64,000 nucleotides of DNA, taken from the NCBI RefSeq assembly GCF_001194135.2, contig NC_068984.1, positions 65,930,211-65,994,210 on the forward strand, in the 5' to 3' direction. Positions 36,301 through 50,163 of this stretch are shown in pieces. How positions within the stretch are numbered: the first letter of the stretch is position 1; every line of letters starts with the position of its first letter. The notes under the pieces are model-generated. The model did no database searches. It worked only from the letters and a program-made list of their open reading frames with translations, and had not been told where the DNA came from. Both the position numbers and the translations under genes were made by a program. The DNA comes from Octopus bimaculoides (taxonomy: Eukaryota).

Positions 36301-37449
36301 TTGCTCGACCTATGTTTGAAAACTTACAACTGTACTTGAAGAATATAGATGATTACATCCAAATTGATCGTTTAGATAATGCAGTAAAACCTTTTCAATC
36401 AATTTGATAGAAAGAATTATAAATAATTGGCCAATAATTTTAGGCATAATTTTAGCATCAAAATTTGCCTTTTAAATTGAACACCATATGAATGATGTGG
36501 CTCATAGGCGTTTTGCAAATGAATAAAAATTACACTGAACAAACTCTGCATTACATTTGATGGAAACTTGCTGCTCAATTAGATACTAATGCAAAATAAT
36601 TTGTACAAAGACTTCTCAATTATGCTTTTAATGAGAAACTTATTGTAATTATTGAGAATATAATTGTTTGTGAGGGACAGAAAATACACAACATTTTTTA
36701 CTGTCTTGACTGATAGATACATTTAAGTGAACTTTTTCATGTGTCTGTTGCTCATAAATGACAATAAAATGAACGTTCTCATTTTAAGCCAAACATCTCT
36801 TGAAAAATCTAAAATTAACAATAGTCATTAAATGCTTTGTAAAATTCTAATTACTGTATTAAATTTATATGATCTAATATTATATAAATTTAAAAGCACA
36901 GACCCTTACTATAAACACCTTAAGTAATACAATAATGGGCTTGAAACAAAGTATTTTTCATTTTTGCTTTTTTAATTAATCATCTGTTAGTAACACAGGC
37001 AAATTTATCTGTGGGAAATGATGGATTAAAAAGCCAAATTACTTCCAAGCTCAGTTGTCGGTTGTATTTTACAATTTTCACAAAAGCAAATTAGTTTCCA
37101 TGATCTACTTGAAAGAAAAAAGTTCTACCAATCTTATATCATACTCAAGTGGTTAGCAACAAAAAAGGTTTTCATGTGACTTACCATTCAAAAATAGTAC
37201 TCATACTAGTACCTCAACTAATAAAATCACTAATTAGAAATTCTTGTAATAGGGCACAAAACAGCATTTAACAAAGCCAGTATTAGAAAAAGTACTGGGA
37301 TAATAGAAATAATATCAGTTAAATCTGCTCAACTACATTATATAAAAAGGACTCCAGAACATAAAAATAAATGTATTTGATTATCTTATCTCAGAAATAC
37401 AACACATTCAGGTTACCATCTGACAAAAGTCAAATCTTACTGCTGCTTG

Positions 37450-37910
37450 GAAAACTCCAGAGAAGTAGCAGTTAACAGCAACTGTAAGCTAAATGATCTT
37501 ATCAAAAGGAAGATGCTCTGAATGAATAGAATCCAGACTAAGAACAGGGTGGAATAAGTTCAGGGAGCTATTACCTCTGTCAAAATAGATTCTCTCTTCA
37601 TGTAAAGGCTAGATAGTATGATGTTTGTATATGAATTACAATACATGGTAGTGAAACTAGGCAGCGAATGCAGAGGATGAATAAAGTTTGGAAAGAAATG
37701 AAGCAAGCACTACCACTGGATGTGTGATTTTAATGTGCATGAGCAAGAGATGCGGCAGAAATGAACTTGAGAGAAAAATTGGGCCTGAGAGGAATCACAT
37801 GTAGTGCATAAGAGACAACCATGACATGCAATATATATGGATGATAATATCTAGATAAGAATGTGCCAGAAGATCCATATCGAAGGAAAATACTTGGGAG
37901 ATTATTTCAA
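37450..37910 (+). mobile_element. Decayed RTE LINE ORF C-terminal remnant
   Basis: Frameshifted reading RTGWNKFRELLPL...SLHVKARxYDVCIxITIHGSET...LREKLGLRGI, which matches the RTE post-RT motifs (GWxKFRELLPLL, LYGSETW). Confidence 0.7.
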
Positions 37911-37959
37911 GATGCTAAACCTCTCAAAGGAGGTTTTAAAATTCACACCCAAAACCATT

Positions 37960-38065
37960 ATCACCATCATCATTTAATATCCGTCTACCATACTGGCATG
38001 GATTGGATGATTTAACAAGTACTCTAGTGTCTTCTTTGTCATGGTTTTTATGGCTGGGTGCCCTG
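37960..38065 (-). mobile_element. Old RTE-type tail fragment
   Basis: CATCATCATTTAATATCCGTCTACCATACTGGCATGGATTGGA...GGCTGGGTGCCCTGCCT. Confidence 0.55.
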
Positions 38066-38974
38066 CCTCAGCTGTCTAATCCACGAAAATGATAGAAATA
38101 ATGATTTGTTAATTGAATTATGAATTTTGTAATAATGGCTGGCCACCCACTTATTAACCACACCTTAGCATATTCCATCTTGAAAATAGCTTATCTGTAT
38201 AATAGTTATAAAGAACTAGATCCAATTTAGACTTCAGTTAAATATGTTGGACTTTAAAGGAATAATTTCATATAGTATTAAAATTAGCACTTTAAAATCC
38301 TGCTGATTGGGTTTTTTAATCTTGAAAGCCCTTTAGCATTTCTCTGTATATGAAATATGTTATAAGAAATGTGTCCAACATGTAATGATACAATGAACTA
38401 TACAGATAAAAGTGAGCTGCAGATACAAGAAAGAAAGAAGTTAAAATGGATTCATTCAATTTGCAAATATGAGTTTGTGAAATGGATTGAGTATTTACAG
38501 GCTGAAGAATAATTAAATCTGAAAAACATTGTTTTGGGACTATAGCCAAAAGTGATAGGTGCCTGCTCTGAGATAGACATGTAATATAAATAAATTATAA
38601 ACAGTTAATAAGAGTATCAGATATGGTGTCTGTGAGTATCAAACATGAATAATCTTGCAAAAGTTTTACTCTTTTACAGCTGCATTATTATTTATAACTT
38701 CACTAATATTGCAGCTCAATAAAAAATTTTTCTGAAAACAATCAGCTCAATTGGAAATTCGTTGTAACATTATAATTTACCTTGATACATATATCATTCT
38801 GTGCTAACAGCTAGTAAAATAAACCAATTGTAGCATAGAAGGTGTTTATAAGGCATTTAAGAAACACTAAAACTGTTAGATTCACTTCAACATTTAAATT
38901 TAATTTGCGAAAATATTTTCGTTGCTTTGAGACTGCGACCTGTTCACTGACAAAATTCCATGCTGCATGGAATT

Positions 38975-39019
<45 letters not shown>

Positions 39020-41498
39020 TTCCAACTCTGTCTGTTTTTTATGTTTTATTTATATTCTTATAAAATTAATGTGGGATATAGAATATGGAATATATAATAT
39101 AAATAGTAAAATGAAATGAAGTATTGAATGTCATAGGCTTATATATACATACATATACATACACATAGGTTTATATATAGAAACACACATATATATAGAA
39201 ACACACATATATACATATATATATATATAAGTATACACACATAGATTTATATACACACACACACACGTATATATACATAGGTTTGTGTGTGTGTAGTATT
39301 TTGCTACTATTTTTAGAGTAGGAGTAGAGTTAACTGAATGACTTGATGAGGGGAGGGAGAATCAGCCAAGAACACCTTTGGTGTGAGAAAAAGCCAAATG
39401 GAGGCTATTGTTCATAATGACATGAAGCAAAATTATGAATCATAATTACATCTGTAGCAGGGAAAAATAATCAAAAGCTTAATGACTAATTTTGTTCTAA
39501 AATCTGAATCAATTAAAATTTGAAAAGGAACATAAAGAAATAAATGACAATTCCAAACAAGTTTCAATCTTATAATAAAAACCCCTCAGCAAAGCATAGT
39601 CTTAAGAGTACTTGCCAGATTTTAGAACAGTAGGATATAAAGGTTTTGAGTAAATGCACATCGACAAGTGTAACAATTTAATAGAATCACTGACTGTAAA
39701 TTATGAAGGATCATCTGCATGAAAAACATTTAGCTAAGTGAGAAGTAAACAATGTAGTGAACAAAAAACTCAAATTCATACTGAGTAAGTACCATCACTA
39801 CTGATAATTGTTTTACTAGCCATAGAAGAATGCAAGGTCAAGTCTTGTAGGATTTCCACTCAAAATTTGAGGAAGATGAAACTAAATACCGCATTATTCC
39901 AATATCTGGCAAATTACCTAACCTAACACTAATAATTCAAGTCATATTTTTTACATCATGCATATTGAATTCAAACTTGACAATAAATGTAAATTAAGTC
40001 TAAAAGAACATATAACCATTACATCTGATATTTTTCTCAATTTCCAACAAGCATTTTTCTATTTGTTGTCAACAAAATCTCTTTAATGTGAAATAAAATT
40101 TAAACACAGCAAAAAAAAAAAAAAAAAAGGATTTTTGAGTAATTTTGCTTGAATTCATTTTTATTCATCTTTTTGTTTTTAATAAAATCCAAGTAGCAGT
40201 GTTGCATTTTCCATATTTGTAATTTTTGGCACCTTTCAAAGAATTTATATTTGATAATTTTGTAACTTTTCTTTTTCTGATTAAACTAATTTTCTTTAGT
40301 TGTCTGTTTTGGCAATGCCTCGACATTTTATTAAGGGAATAAATAATGCTTTCAGTTACATTGATTATTTTCTCTATTATTTCTTTCTTTATTTCCTCTT
40401 CCTTAATTCTTTCTTACTGAGCAGTATGAAACTAACTAACTTCTACAGACTTTTGGAAAGGTTTATAACAAAATGAAGACATTCAATATAAAGAAAGTGA
40501 AATCTATAAAACAAAAAGCAAATCTATTTTCTATGCTTTGAACCTTTACTTTTAGTCATGGTTGACCAAGTAGTTAAAACTCTCATTCACATAAAACTAT
40601 AACCTCAAAGAGAGGCACACAAGAGAAAAATCTGATTCGAGGCAATTTCCAAGGTGGAGTTAACAAACCAGATGCTTATATACATGCTCTACAGAACACA
40701 ACTATCCAGTCAATATTCACTACCCTTTTTGACGAAACACACACACACACATATGAATTATATGTATACATATAATTTACAATCATTCACACATAAACAT
40801 GTGCACACATATGCATATATATATGCATCCATAAACACATATGTCTAAATAGAATGTACGCATATAAAAAAAATGCAATACTTTGTTGAATAAAAATGAT
40901 GTGAAAAATATGCAGAGACGTATATTCTTACAGTTTCACAAAGTGTGTGTGTATGAACATAAGTATAGTTGTATGTTTATGTGTGAATGTGTGTGTGTTT
41001 ACAAAACGAAAAGAATTTGCATTGTTCAAGATATTGGTCAGATGGTATGAGTTTATTTTTCAGCACATATTACGTTCAAAGCATAACATTATGAAAGTAG
41101 ACTAGATAATGTTTTACAATACACATTTTTCATATTTGGCTAACATCTTGTGATATTATGTCAGCTTCAATTTATATACAAGTATATTGATTGATCTACG
41201 TATAAAATAAAACTTTTAGCATTATTATTGCAGTTTTGCATTATTTTTAAGCTAACCTAAGAGTGCTAATATTTTAAATGTGTACTTGTCTGCACAAATA
41301 AATAAATATATATATATATATGCCCAGACTCACACACACATATTAGCACACACTTAAAAAATATATAAATAGACACATACATGGAGATGTCTATACATGC
41401 ACACATATATCTATATATGTGTGGATATATATATGTATATATACTCATATATGTATATGTATGTATGTATGTATATATATATATATATNNNNNNNNNN

Positions 41499-41610
41499 AC
41501 TCTGCCAAATCAGACTGGAGCCTGGTGTTGCCATCCGGTTTCACCAGTCCTCAGTCAAATCGTCCAACCCATGCTAGCATGGAAAGCGGACGTTAAACGA
41601 TGATGATGAT
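41499..41610 (+). mobile_element. Young RTE 3' tail copy following a gap
   Basis: 41499-41597 is identical to 489-587 (99 nt) and is followed by (GAT)n. Confidence 0.92.
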
Positions 41611-41676
41611 ATACATTGATATAACTATATACATACACACATATAGAAAAATACATACATACAAATATTTGTTTGG

Positions 41677-41910
41677 TGGGGTGTATGGCTTAGTGGTTAT
41701 GGTGTTGCACTCATGATCATGAGATTGTGATTTCCGGACTGGGCAAAGTGCAGTGTTCTTGTGTAAATCACTTCAGTTCACATTCTCCCACTTGACTCAG
41801 TTGTCAAAAATGAGTAGCCTTGCAACAGACCCAGTGTCGCCTCCAGAGAGAAGTATATAAGCCACAGAAACTGGAAAACTGACCACATGAGCTTGTGGCA
41901 TACACAAATA
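41677..41910 (+). mobile_element. Family D tRNA-derived SINE
   Basis: A-box TGGCTTAGTGGTTA, then GTTGCACTCATGATCA, a CORE-like GTGTTCTTGTGTAAATCACTT, and CAGAAACTGG followed by (TG)n. Confidence 0.7.
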
Positions 41911-41917
41911 GGAGTGT

Positions 41918-41971
<54 letters not shown>

Positions 41972-42774
41972 ACATATGTAGATATTTGCAATATATTTAT
42001 AGATACACATGCAAATACACACGCACACACACACAGATATATGTGAATGTATATATGTATGTATGAGTACACACACACAGATAGATACACATGGATGCAT
42101 ACATTCACAAACACATGTCTAAACAGGATGTATGCTAGCATAAACTATAAACACAAAAGCAAGCAATTCACATCAGATGCACACTCCAGTTTGATCAAAT
42201 CAAGAGTTATATATCCATATGTTAATCTGAAATAATATATCTGTGGATGGCATGAAAGTCATAAATGTTGAAATAATGGCATTTTAACCAATAATATTTA
42301 TGAACCCTATGTAGATTTAGAATATATTTTGGCAACTAGTTGACATTTTCTTGTGTATCTTATGAACAGAAGCACACTCTAATGACAGCTAAACATGAAT
42401 ATAGAGAGCTGTAGATTAATTTTAATTTCTTTTTTCAATGATTAATTTAAAGTAGAACCCTTACATAATTTTAATTTAATGTTTAAATCTTCTCTTACTT
42501 CATCAATGATCATCACTGCCATTTTAGAATCTGTATTAATAAATATGATGATGATTATGATTAATAAAATTTGAAAATAAGTTAAACATGAAATAAAATT
42601 TATAAAAGATGTTATATTAAAAATTAATTACTGAAGTCTAAATTCAGTACCATGTATAAAATTAATTAATTTGCTGTATGGAAGCTAATACAATTTATTA
42701 TTTATCGTTAAGCTTATAATTTTATTTGCCCAATGACTAAGATCTGTAAGTTATATATGCCAAATCTTTCACTT

Positions 42775-42965
42775 TTTTTTGTTCAGTCATTGGACAATGG
42801 CCATGCTGGGACACCATCTTGAGAGGTCTAATCAAACAAATTGATCCAGTACATATTTTTTCTTCAAAGTTTTGTAGTTATTCTATCGGTTTCTTTTTGC
42901 CAAACCACTAAGTTACAAGGTACATAAACAAGTGGTAGAGGAGAACAAGCACAAACACACACACA
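42775..42965 (-). mobile_element. Family B SINE 3' fragment
   Basis: GTTCAGTCATTGGACAATGGCCATGCTGG...TTCTATCGGTTTCTTTTTGCCAAACCACTAAGTTAC. Confidence 0.7.
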
Positions 42966-43243
42966 CAGATTAAATCTAAAATCTTCAAAAATATGAAACA
43001 CGAATAAATTCAAACAAAATTTACGCATGATTTGAAGAAAAACTTGTCAGTCTTAAAATAATGCTCAAAATTACAATCCACTATAGCAAAACTAATAAAA
43101 CATATACACATAGCTTAATAACAACATCGAAATTTAGGAATTATAAATACATAATTACAAATTGTGAGAAGATGATCAACAGGAGAGGAAACAATGAAAT
43201 TCAAATAGAAAATAAAAATAATGTATATTAGAAAATATATACT

Positions 43244-43451
43244 GGTTTCAAATTTTGGTACAAAGCCAGCAATTTCTGGGAGAGCTAAGTCCATCATATT
43301 GATCCCAGTGCTTAAGTGGTACTTATTTTATCAATTCCAAAAGGATAAAAGAAAAAGTCAACCTTGGTGAAATTTGAACTCAGAATGTAAAGGCGGACAA
43401 AATGCCACTAAGCATTATGACCGATGTGCTAATCATTCTGCCAGCTCACTA
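43244..43451 (-). mobile_element. Family C (Meta-like) SINE
   Basis: GGTACTTATTTTATCAATTCCAAAAGGATAAAAG...TTTGAACTCAGAATGTAAAGGCGGAC...CTGCCAGCTCAC. Confidence 0.85.
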
Positions 43452-45964
43452 CACTATACTGGAAAATATATATCAGTATAAAGCTATAACCTTTGTTTGA
43501 TATTTTTATTTGATGAAATGGATGAGGAATGATTAAGGCCAGTCAGAATGGCAATAAATCTATCAACTGTAACCATAATAGACATACATAACAAAAACAG
43601 AAGCATAATAGATGAAGAATTTTAGGAAAATATTTGCCTTACACAACGAGGATTTTAGATGCAACAAAAATACAGTGTTGCACAGGAATTAAAATACTTG
43701 CAAATAAACAAAGAACTGAAGAGAAATACATTTTTAAACCTTAAAAGAATATGCTAAATGAATGATTGGAAAATAAATGTTTTCTTGGACAATAATTTTC
43801 ATGATTCAAAAAGAAAACAAATAAGACTTCAAATTCTGTCTTGGAAATTAATGAGAAAAAGCAGAGTCTGAAGAGATCACCTGATGAATTCATTTTTTCT
43901 ACCATGAAATCTCTAAGTTTCTTATATAAAATGAGACCTGCATAGACAACAAACTCTAATAAAATTTAATAAAAAAAGATCAAAACTTTCTTGTGTTGCA
44001 CAGTTTAGACACAAACTGAGGAAAGGCATCCTCTGCATTATGGAAGTGTTGTAAATCTTGCTGTAATTCTGTAATACAAAACAGAGTTTCTTGTTCATTG
44101 ATTTCCATTTAACATAAAAGGGAAAATATGTTTCACATTGCAGAATTCCATAATACAAGATTTTGAGGAATGCAATATAAGGCATGTGTTTACATTGCAT
44201 TACAGAATTATAAAAAAAATTTGGCATATATATAAACAATAATCTTGCCAAGTTCTATTAAATTTATACAGAAAATAGGTGGTATATGAATGCAGCAGTA
44301 TGCAAATGACAGGTTCTGACATTTATTAGGAAAGTACAGAGTTGATAAAATAAATGATGAATAAATGGATTAGACACATGTGTTTTTTTCTCAAGATATC
44401 AAAGAAATTTTTCAAGTCAGAATGTTAAATAAGTTTCAATATATTTAATATGAGATGATAAAAACGAAAACAAGGCACAATTAAAACACTGAAATGAGAT
44501 GAGAAAATGAATGAGATACAAAAACACACAAGATAGATGTTTTAACACTAAAACTTTAATCGACATATCAATTTTCCCTTTTATAATCTGACTTTATATT
44601 AGATATATTTCAGTAGAAACTGATAATTGTGCCATTCATAGAAAGGTCATTTCAAATTATATCATAAACAGTGTTTTCCTGGTGTTTTCAGCATTCAGAA
44701 TATCACAAGTAATATCTAAAATGTTATGTACTTTTTCATTTAACTGAAGCCATTATTTTTCTACAAAGGGTTATATGCAACCCAAAATTTTTATAGATAA
44801 ATCAAGATCTATAAAGTGAGCTGTAGCCATCAATTCAGTATTTCACTATATCCATTAAAAATGAACATTAAATTCAGACAGATTTACATTGACATATTTA
44901 AAGCATATATTTGGCACTGTTATGTTCTTTTCCTATTTCCAACAGCCATTTTAACATCTTATTTGAATTAAAGATTCTGGTTTTGCAGGAAACTAACAGA
45001 GCTTATTAATGGCCCGCACAAAGATAGCTGGCACCAATATAGACTGATCAAAATCGTTTCCCAATTCTATACTTGCTTGATTCAATAACTTAATCTAAAG
45101 ATTTATCCTTTCAAGTTACGTCAATTGTACCCTAATGCTAAAAGAAACGAATAACTCTTTGTAGTGAATTACTTTAGCATTGTCAATTTTGTAGGAATTG
45201 TAAATGGAAATAATGCACAGGTCATTGAACATAGACTACTGGACAGAAAACAAATAATAAAGTAAGATTACATGATGTATTACTCAAAGATAAAAGTGAA
45301 AAAAAATAAAAATAAAACAAGATAGAATAATATCATTCAGTGAAGTTAAATACAACTATCACATGATTTGAAGATTTACTCTTTCATAGAAGTTTTTCGA
45401 TGCTTCCAAACAGTCTAATTAAAGAAGAGAAAATAAACTTTAAAAAATGTGTATTGATCAATACTGTAAAACCTTTTAAGGAATTTTATTGGCTTTAGTT
45501 TACCTCTTATTTCTATGGCAACAAATAAACTGATAATCAGTGTAACATAGTGGCACAATTGTTAAGAGTTAGAATCCCAAATCAAGCAAGCCAAAGTTAA
45601 ACCTAGCCTGTCAGTTAATTTAGATAGTAATAAAATGAACAACTTGGAATTTTTGTAAAAGCATGGAAGTGATTAGCTTTTAAAACGTAAATGCCTCTTT
45701 ATGTGATATAACTATTTTCCCTTTAGCATAATATTCTAAACTGTATTGTTTATTTCATTTTAGATATTTACAGTTGTGCCACAAAGTTTTGTCATATGTA
45801 TGATCATACATAATATTTTAAAAAATGCATATTAACAACTATCTTTGTATTTTCTCAATAGGATTACTAAACAATATGTATCTATCCTAAATATTATTGA
45901 CTAAACAATGTACAATGGAGTGTAAGTATTTTAAGAGAAAAATTGTGTATAAGAAGCATCAAAT

Positions 45965-46165
45965 GTAGTCTGTAAGGAAGGAGTCTGTGCTGGTATGGTC
46001 ATGTGATGCATATGGATGAAGACAAGTGCATAAAGGAGTACAGATCTCTAATTGTAGAGGGAACTTGTGGAAGAAGGAGACCCAGGAATATGTGAGACAA
46101 AGTGGTGAAATATGATCTTCGATTTCTGGGCCTCACAGAGATGTCAAGACTTCTGGCAATATGCT
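45965..46165 (+). mobile_element. Decayed RTE LINE ORF C-terminus
   Basis: RSLCWYGHVMHMDEDKCIKEYRSLIVEGTCGRRRPRNM*DKVVKYDLRFLGLTE, homologous to 1-224. Confidence 0.85.
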
Positions 46166-46406
46166 TTAAAAGCTCAAAGACAATATAATGCATTGGTATA
46201 TTTATTTTTTTATATATTATTTTTTATTTTTTTGCAAAAAACATTTTCATTCTCCCTCTTCTTGAAAATTTCCTTTTAAAATCCTTTTTAATCCTCCTTA
46301 TACACATCTATATTAAAATATGCTTTCAGTTTAGCATTCTGCCTTATTATTTTCCTATTATTTCTCCACATGCGGCTAACACAACCCCACCATTTACTGA
46401 CTTATG

Positions 46407-46449
<43 letters not shown>

Positions 46450-47877
46450 CAATGCAGTTAATATGCCATTGCAACTATAGGCAAAAATGATGCCAAAATT
46501 ATGGTAGCTACTCAAATTCAATAGCAGAACAGTCAGTATAATATCACTATACCACCATTTAAATTTTTTAATGGATCTTCAATATAAAATTATTCCATAC
46601 CTCTTGAGCTTTTTAATTCCGCCCTGAGGTCCAACTCCTCAGGTGAGATCTCATTACTTCATTAGTTGAAGTAAAAGCATAAAGTTACTTCAAGTACATT
46701 AACTCTAGCAACATTCATTTATATTTCCAATCTGCAGCAATACAATTCTCCGTATTTCCTGCACTGAGTGTCTAACATTCAGCATGCTATTTAAATAACT
46801 TAAGCTGAATCTGTCTCCTAAAATTGCACTGAACATCAAACAACTTAAGCTAAACTCACTCCTCACTAATCTTTGGAATTCCTCATATATAGTCACGTTT
46901 CACTTTTTATAAAACATCAACCCTCTAATACACATCATATGGATAAAGAAACAATGTCAACAATCAGAGTCAGTAGTCAAATTTCCTAAACTTATTGTAG
47001 CAAGTAAAAAAATTAGTTACTATGATATAAATAGAAACAACTGCTAATAAAAACCAGAAATAAATCAGAGATTTCCTACTTAAATAATCTTCAATCTACT
47101 TGTAATAACTGTATATAATATTGTTTTATCATAACATTAATGGTTGAATTGCAAAAGATGCTGCAATCACAACTGGCTATTGCTGCTAAAAATACACTTG
47201 CAAATTATTACCTCTATAGTCTGCCAGTAGATGCCAGTGAAACTTATTAAATTAACTTTAAATTTTCTTTAATCTTGAATATTCACACTTCAATTTAATC
47301 CACTAAAATTGCCATCGACATTATGAAACACTAACTGGAAAATTGAATGTGATGCTGGCATCCATTGTAGCTTCAGACACCTTTAAATGTTTGGCTGTTT
47401 GTCTTTACAGAATATAAAGTTATATCAGAAGGAACTACCAACTTTAATTTGAGATTCTTAGTATATCCTGCTTCCTTCAAACATTCTGAAATTATTTCTG
47501 CATGTACTACCTATGATGATGTAATCACTTTAAAAATGACCTTCCTTTAGCTGGCTAATAATGTCATACTTGAAAACAATTGGCCGTGGAGTTTGTGGAT
47601 GAATATGTAAGATCTTTTCAGAAACTCACCTCAGACTGAAAGCTCAAAAGCATCAAGAATGAAATATACAGAGATAAATATATGCAGGATTCATTCATAA
47701 TAGTAATATTTTCTGCATGTACAAACCAGATTTCAAGAAAACAAAACCCTAGCTCTGACTTTAGTTTCATTTCAAGCTCTTACTTTGGAAACAGCTAGGA
47801 AAGATTTTCAGATCTTCACATAGAAAATCATACATAAATCAGACTTCTAAAAGGACTTCTGCTTTGCAACTGTACCT

Positions 47878-48065
47878 CATCATCATCACTTAATGTTCAA
47901 CTTTCATGCTAGCACAGGTTAGATAGTTTGACAGGATTCAATATGTCCAAGGACTGTATCATACTCCAGTGCCTGCTTTGACATGGTTACTTTGGTTTGG
48001 TGCTGCTTCCTAATGCATTTTGTTTTCATGACACCAGCACTACTGAGCAGTCACCATGCAACTTT
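47878..48065 (-). mobile_element. Old RTE-type tail copy
   Basis: (CAT)n-CACTTAATGTTCAACTTTCATGCTAGCAC...TGCTTCCTAATGC. Confidence 0.6.
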
Positions 48066-49252
48066 CAAGACTAAGATTCCATTCAACTGAGTGAGGTTAC
48101 ACTAGAGAGAGGAATTCAGCTCAAAGCTATGATATGAGAGGATAAGATTTGAAATAAGGAGCCAGAAGAAAACAGGTTTCTTGCTGCTGAAGAGCTACAT
48201 GGTCACTCCCTTATGGAAGAGTAGGTGGTAGAATCCACGGTGAAGCTGGTCAATGGTGGTATTTCTACAAGTAAATTCTACATTATGATCATATCAAGTA
48301 ATACTACTTGTTCCAAATTTAAGAAAAAGTTAGCATATCTCTCTGTGATATTTGTAAAAAAGGCTATCATTAACCCAGCCATTCACAATACTTTTCTAAA
48401 AGAGTTTGTTGACATGAGTAATTAAAAACTTTCCACCACTTAAACAGTTGTGAATAACCTTAGGTCGCAGTCTAATGTCTCTAAGGACTTCAGTTAATTT
48501 GACTACACAAATGAAGAAAATTTGAGCTAGTATTAGGGACAAGAGACAACTGGAGCAGGTCAGAAAAATGTTCATGTATTACCTGACTGCTGAATAGATA
48601 TGATATTATTCTCAGTTTTCTTTTAATTGTACAAGCAAACATTTGTTAGTTAAATGTAAATTTACTATCCCCACTACCAAAATTGGAGCTTACCAAGATT
48701 GATTTGTTCAGATTTTTTTGTAATCAGTCACCAGATTTTAAATATGCAATTACAAAATCTGTAAAATCTGAGGTTAAGTTTATACAATTAATGGCGAACA
48801 GTAAGCTCAAATACTATATTATCAGGCCAAGTGGCTCGCTTTAATGAGTGCAAGTATATGTTCTTAACATTGTTGCATGTTTCCAATGAATTATAGGAAA
48901 TCTTGTTTATGAAAACAAGGTGGAAGTTACATCTATTTAAATTATATCACCATATGAGGTGAGACCAAAGAGGAACATAAAAGTTTATCCAAATAATTAA
49001 AAATTACTTGAAAATCTAATAACACTTAAAAATGATAAATGTAAATTTTTAACTAAACTCATTAGTTTCTAGGTTATGAGATTAGTTTACATGAATTGTG
49101 GTCATAGCTCTTAGCAATTAACTCTATTTAAATGAATACCGATACTGACAGGCAATTTCTATCTATTAGAGACTCAGCTCCTTTAAGAGAGATCCACAAT
49201 AAAGCTGATGTAGGTGTGACAAAAATGTTTCACCCAAACAAATGTATCAATA

Positions 49253-49443
49253 TTATATTTTCTGGCATACAAATGGAATTTTTTCAGAAAAAATTTACAG
49301 CAAAAACCCAAAGGAAGGTAGATTAAATTACCAAAACAAAAAGTTCCATGTGAAATACAGCAGGATTTGGAAATAAAGTAATGATGTTTGAATGTTTGCA
49401 CTACAGGTTTACACTATGTCGACTTGTATGCTGGAAGATATAT
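49253..49443. mobile_element. Second, more decayed copy of the mariner-type MITE at 5683
   Basis: TATTTTCTGGCATACAAAT...CATGTGAAATACAGCAGGATTTGGA...TGTTTGCACT...GACTTGTATGCTGGAAGATA. Confidence 0.75.
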
Positions 49444-49957
49444 TTCTATGAACTGCTTTGACTTGTCTACCTTAAATCCTAATGCAGCATTGGTATACAA
49501 CATTAATAAAATTCAACAAACTAAGAACCGTCAACAGACAGAATTAGTGCTAGGTTGTTCTCATATTTTAAGACCAACTGAGAGGTACGATTACACTACA
49601 ATTTTTTTATATTGCATGATTACATTTAAAACATTGAAAGTAATGTTATTCTGATAATGATGTACATATATAGTTTATAATAATATGTAGTTTTCATGTA
49701 CATATAATGTACATGGAGTGTATAGCATATATCAAAGAGAACTACATATGTATAAATGCACATATATAACTTTACACTTTTAGTGAGTTGGGGGAATTCT
49801 ATAAAAGCTTTATTATTAAAAGAAACAGTATTTATTCAAGATGCTGCAATTACTATTAGCTATCATTGTTATAAATACCCTTGTAAACTACTACCTCTAC
49901 AACCTGGCAGTGGATATCAGTAGAAATTTTAGTAGATTAAAGCCTACATAAATACTG

Positions 49958-50163
49958 ATTTCAAATTTTGGTGCAAGGCCAGCAATTTTGGAGGATGAGG
50001 TAAGTCAATTATATCAACCTCAGTATTCAACTGGCACTCATTTTACTGACTCTGAAAGGATGAAAGGCAAAGTCAACCTTGGTAGAATTGGAACTCAGAA
50101 CGTGAAAATGGATGAAATGCCACTAAGCATTTTGCCCAGCATGCTGACAATTTTGCCAGCACC
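49958..50163 (-). mobile_element. Family C (Meta-like) SINE
   Basis: GAAAGGATGAAAGGCAAAGTCAACC...GGAACTCAGAACGT...TTTGCCAGC. Confidence 0.85.

Noticed and set aside
45009-45047. ATG GCC CGC ACA AAG = MARTK, the histone H3 N-terminus
   Set aside because: It diverges immediately (IAGTNID*), so it is a 5-residue coincidence.
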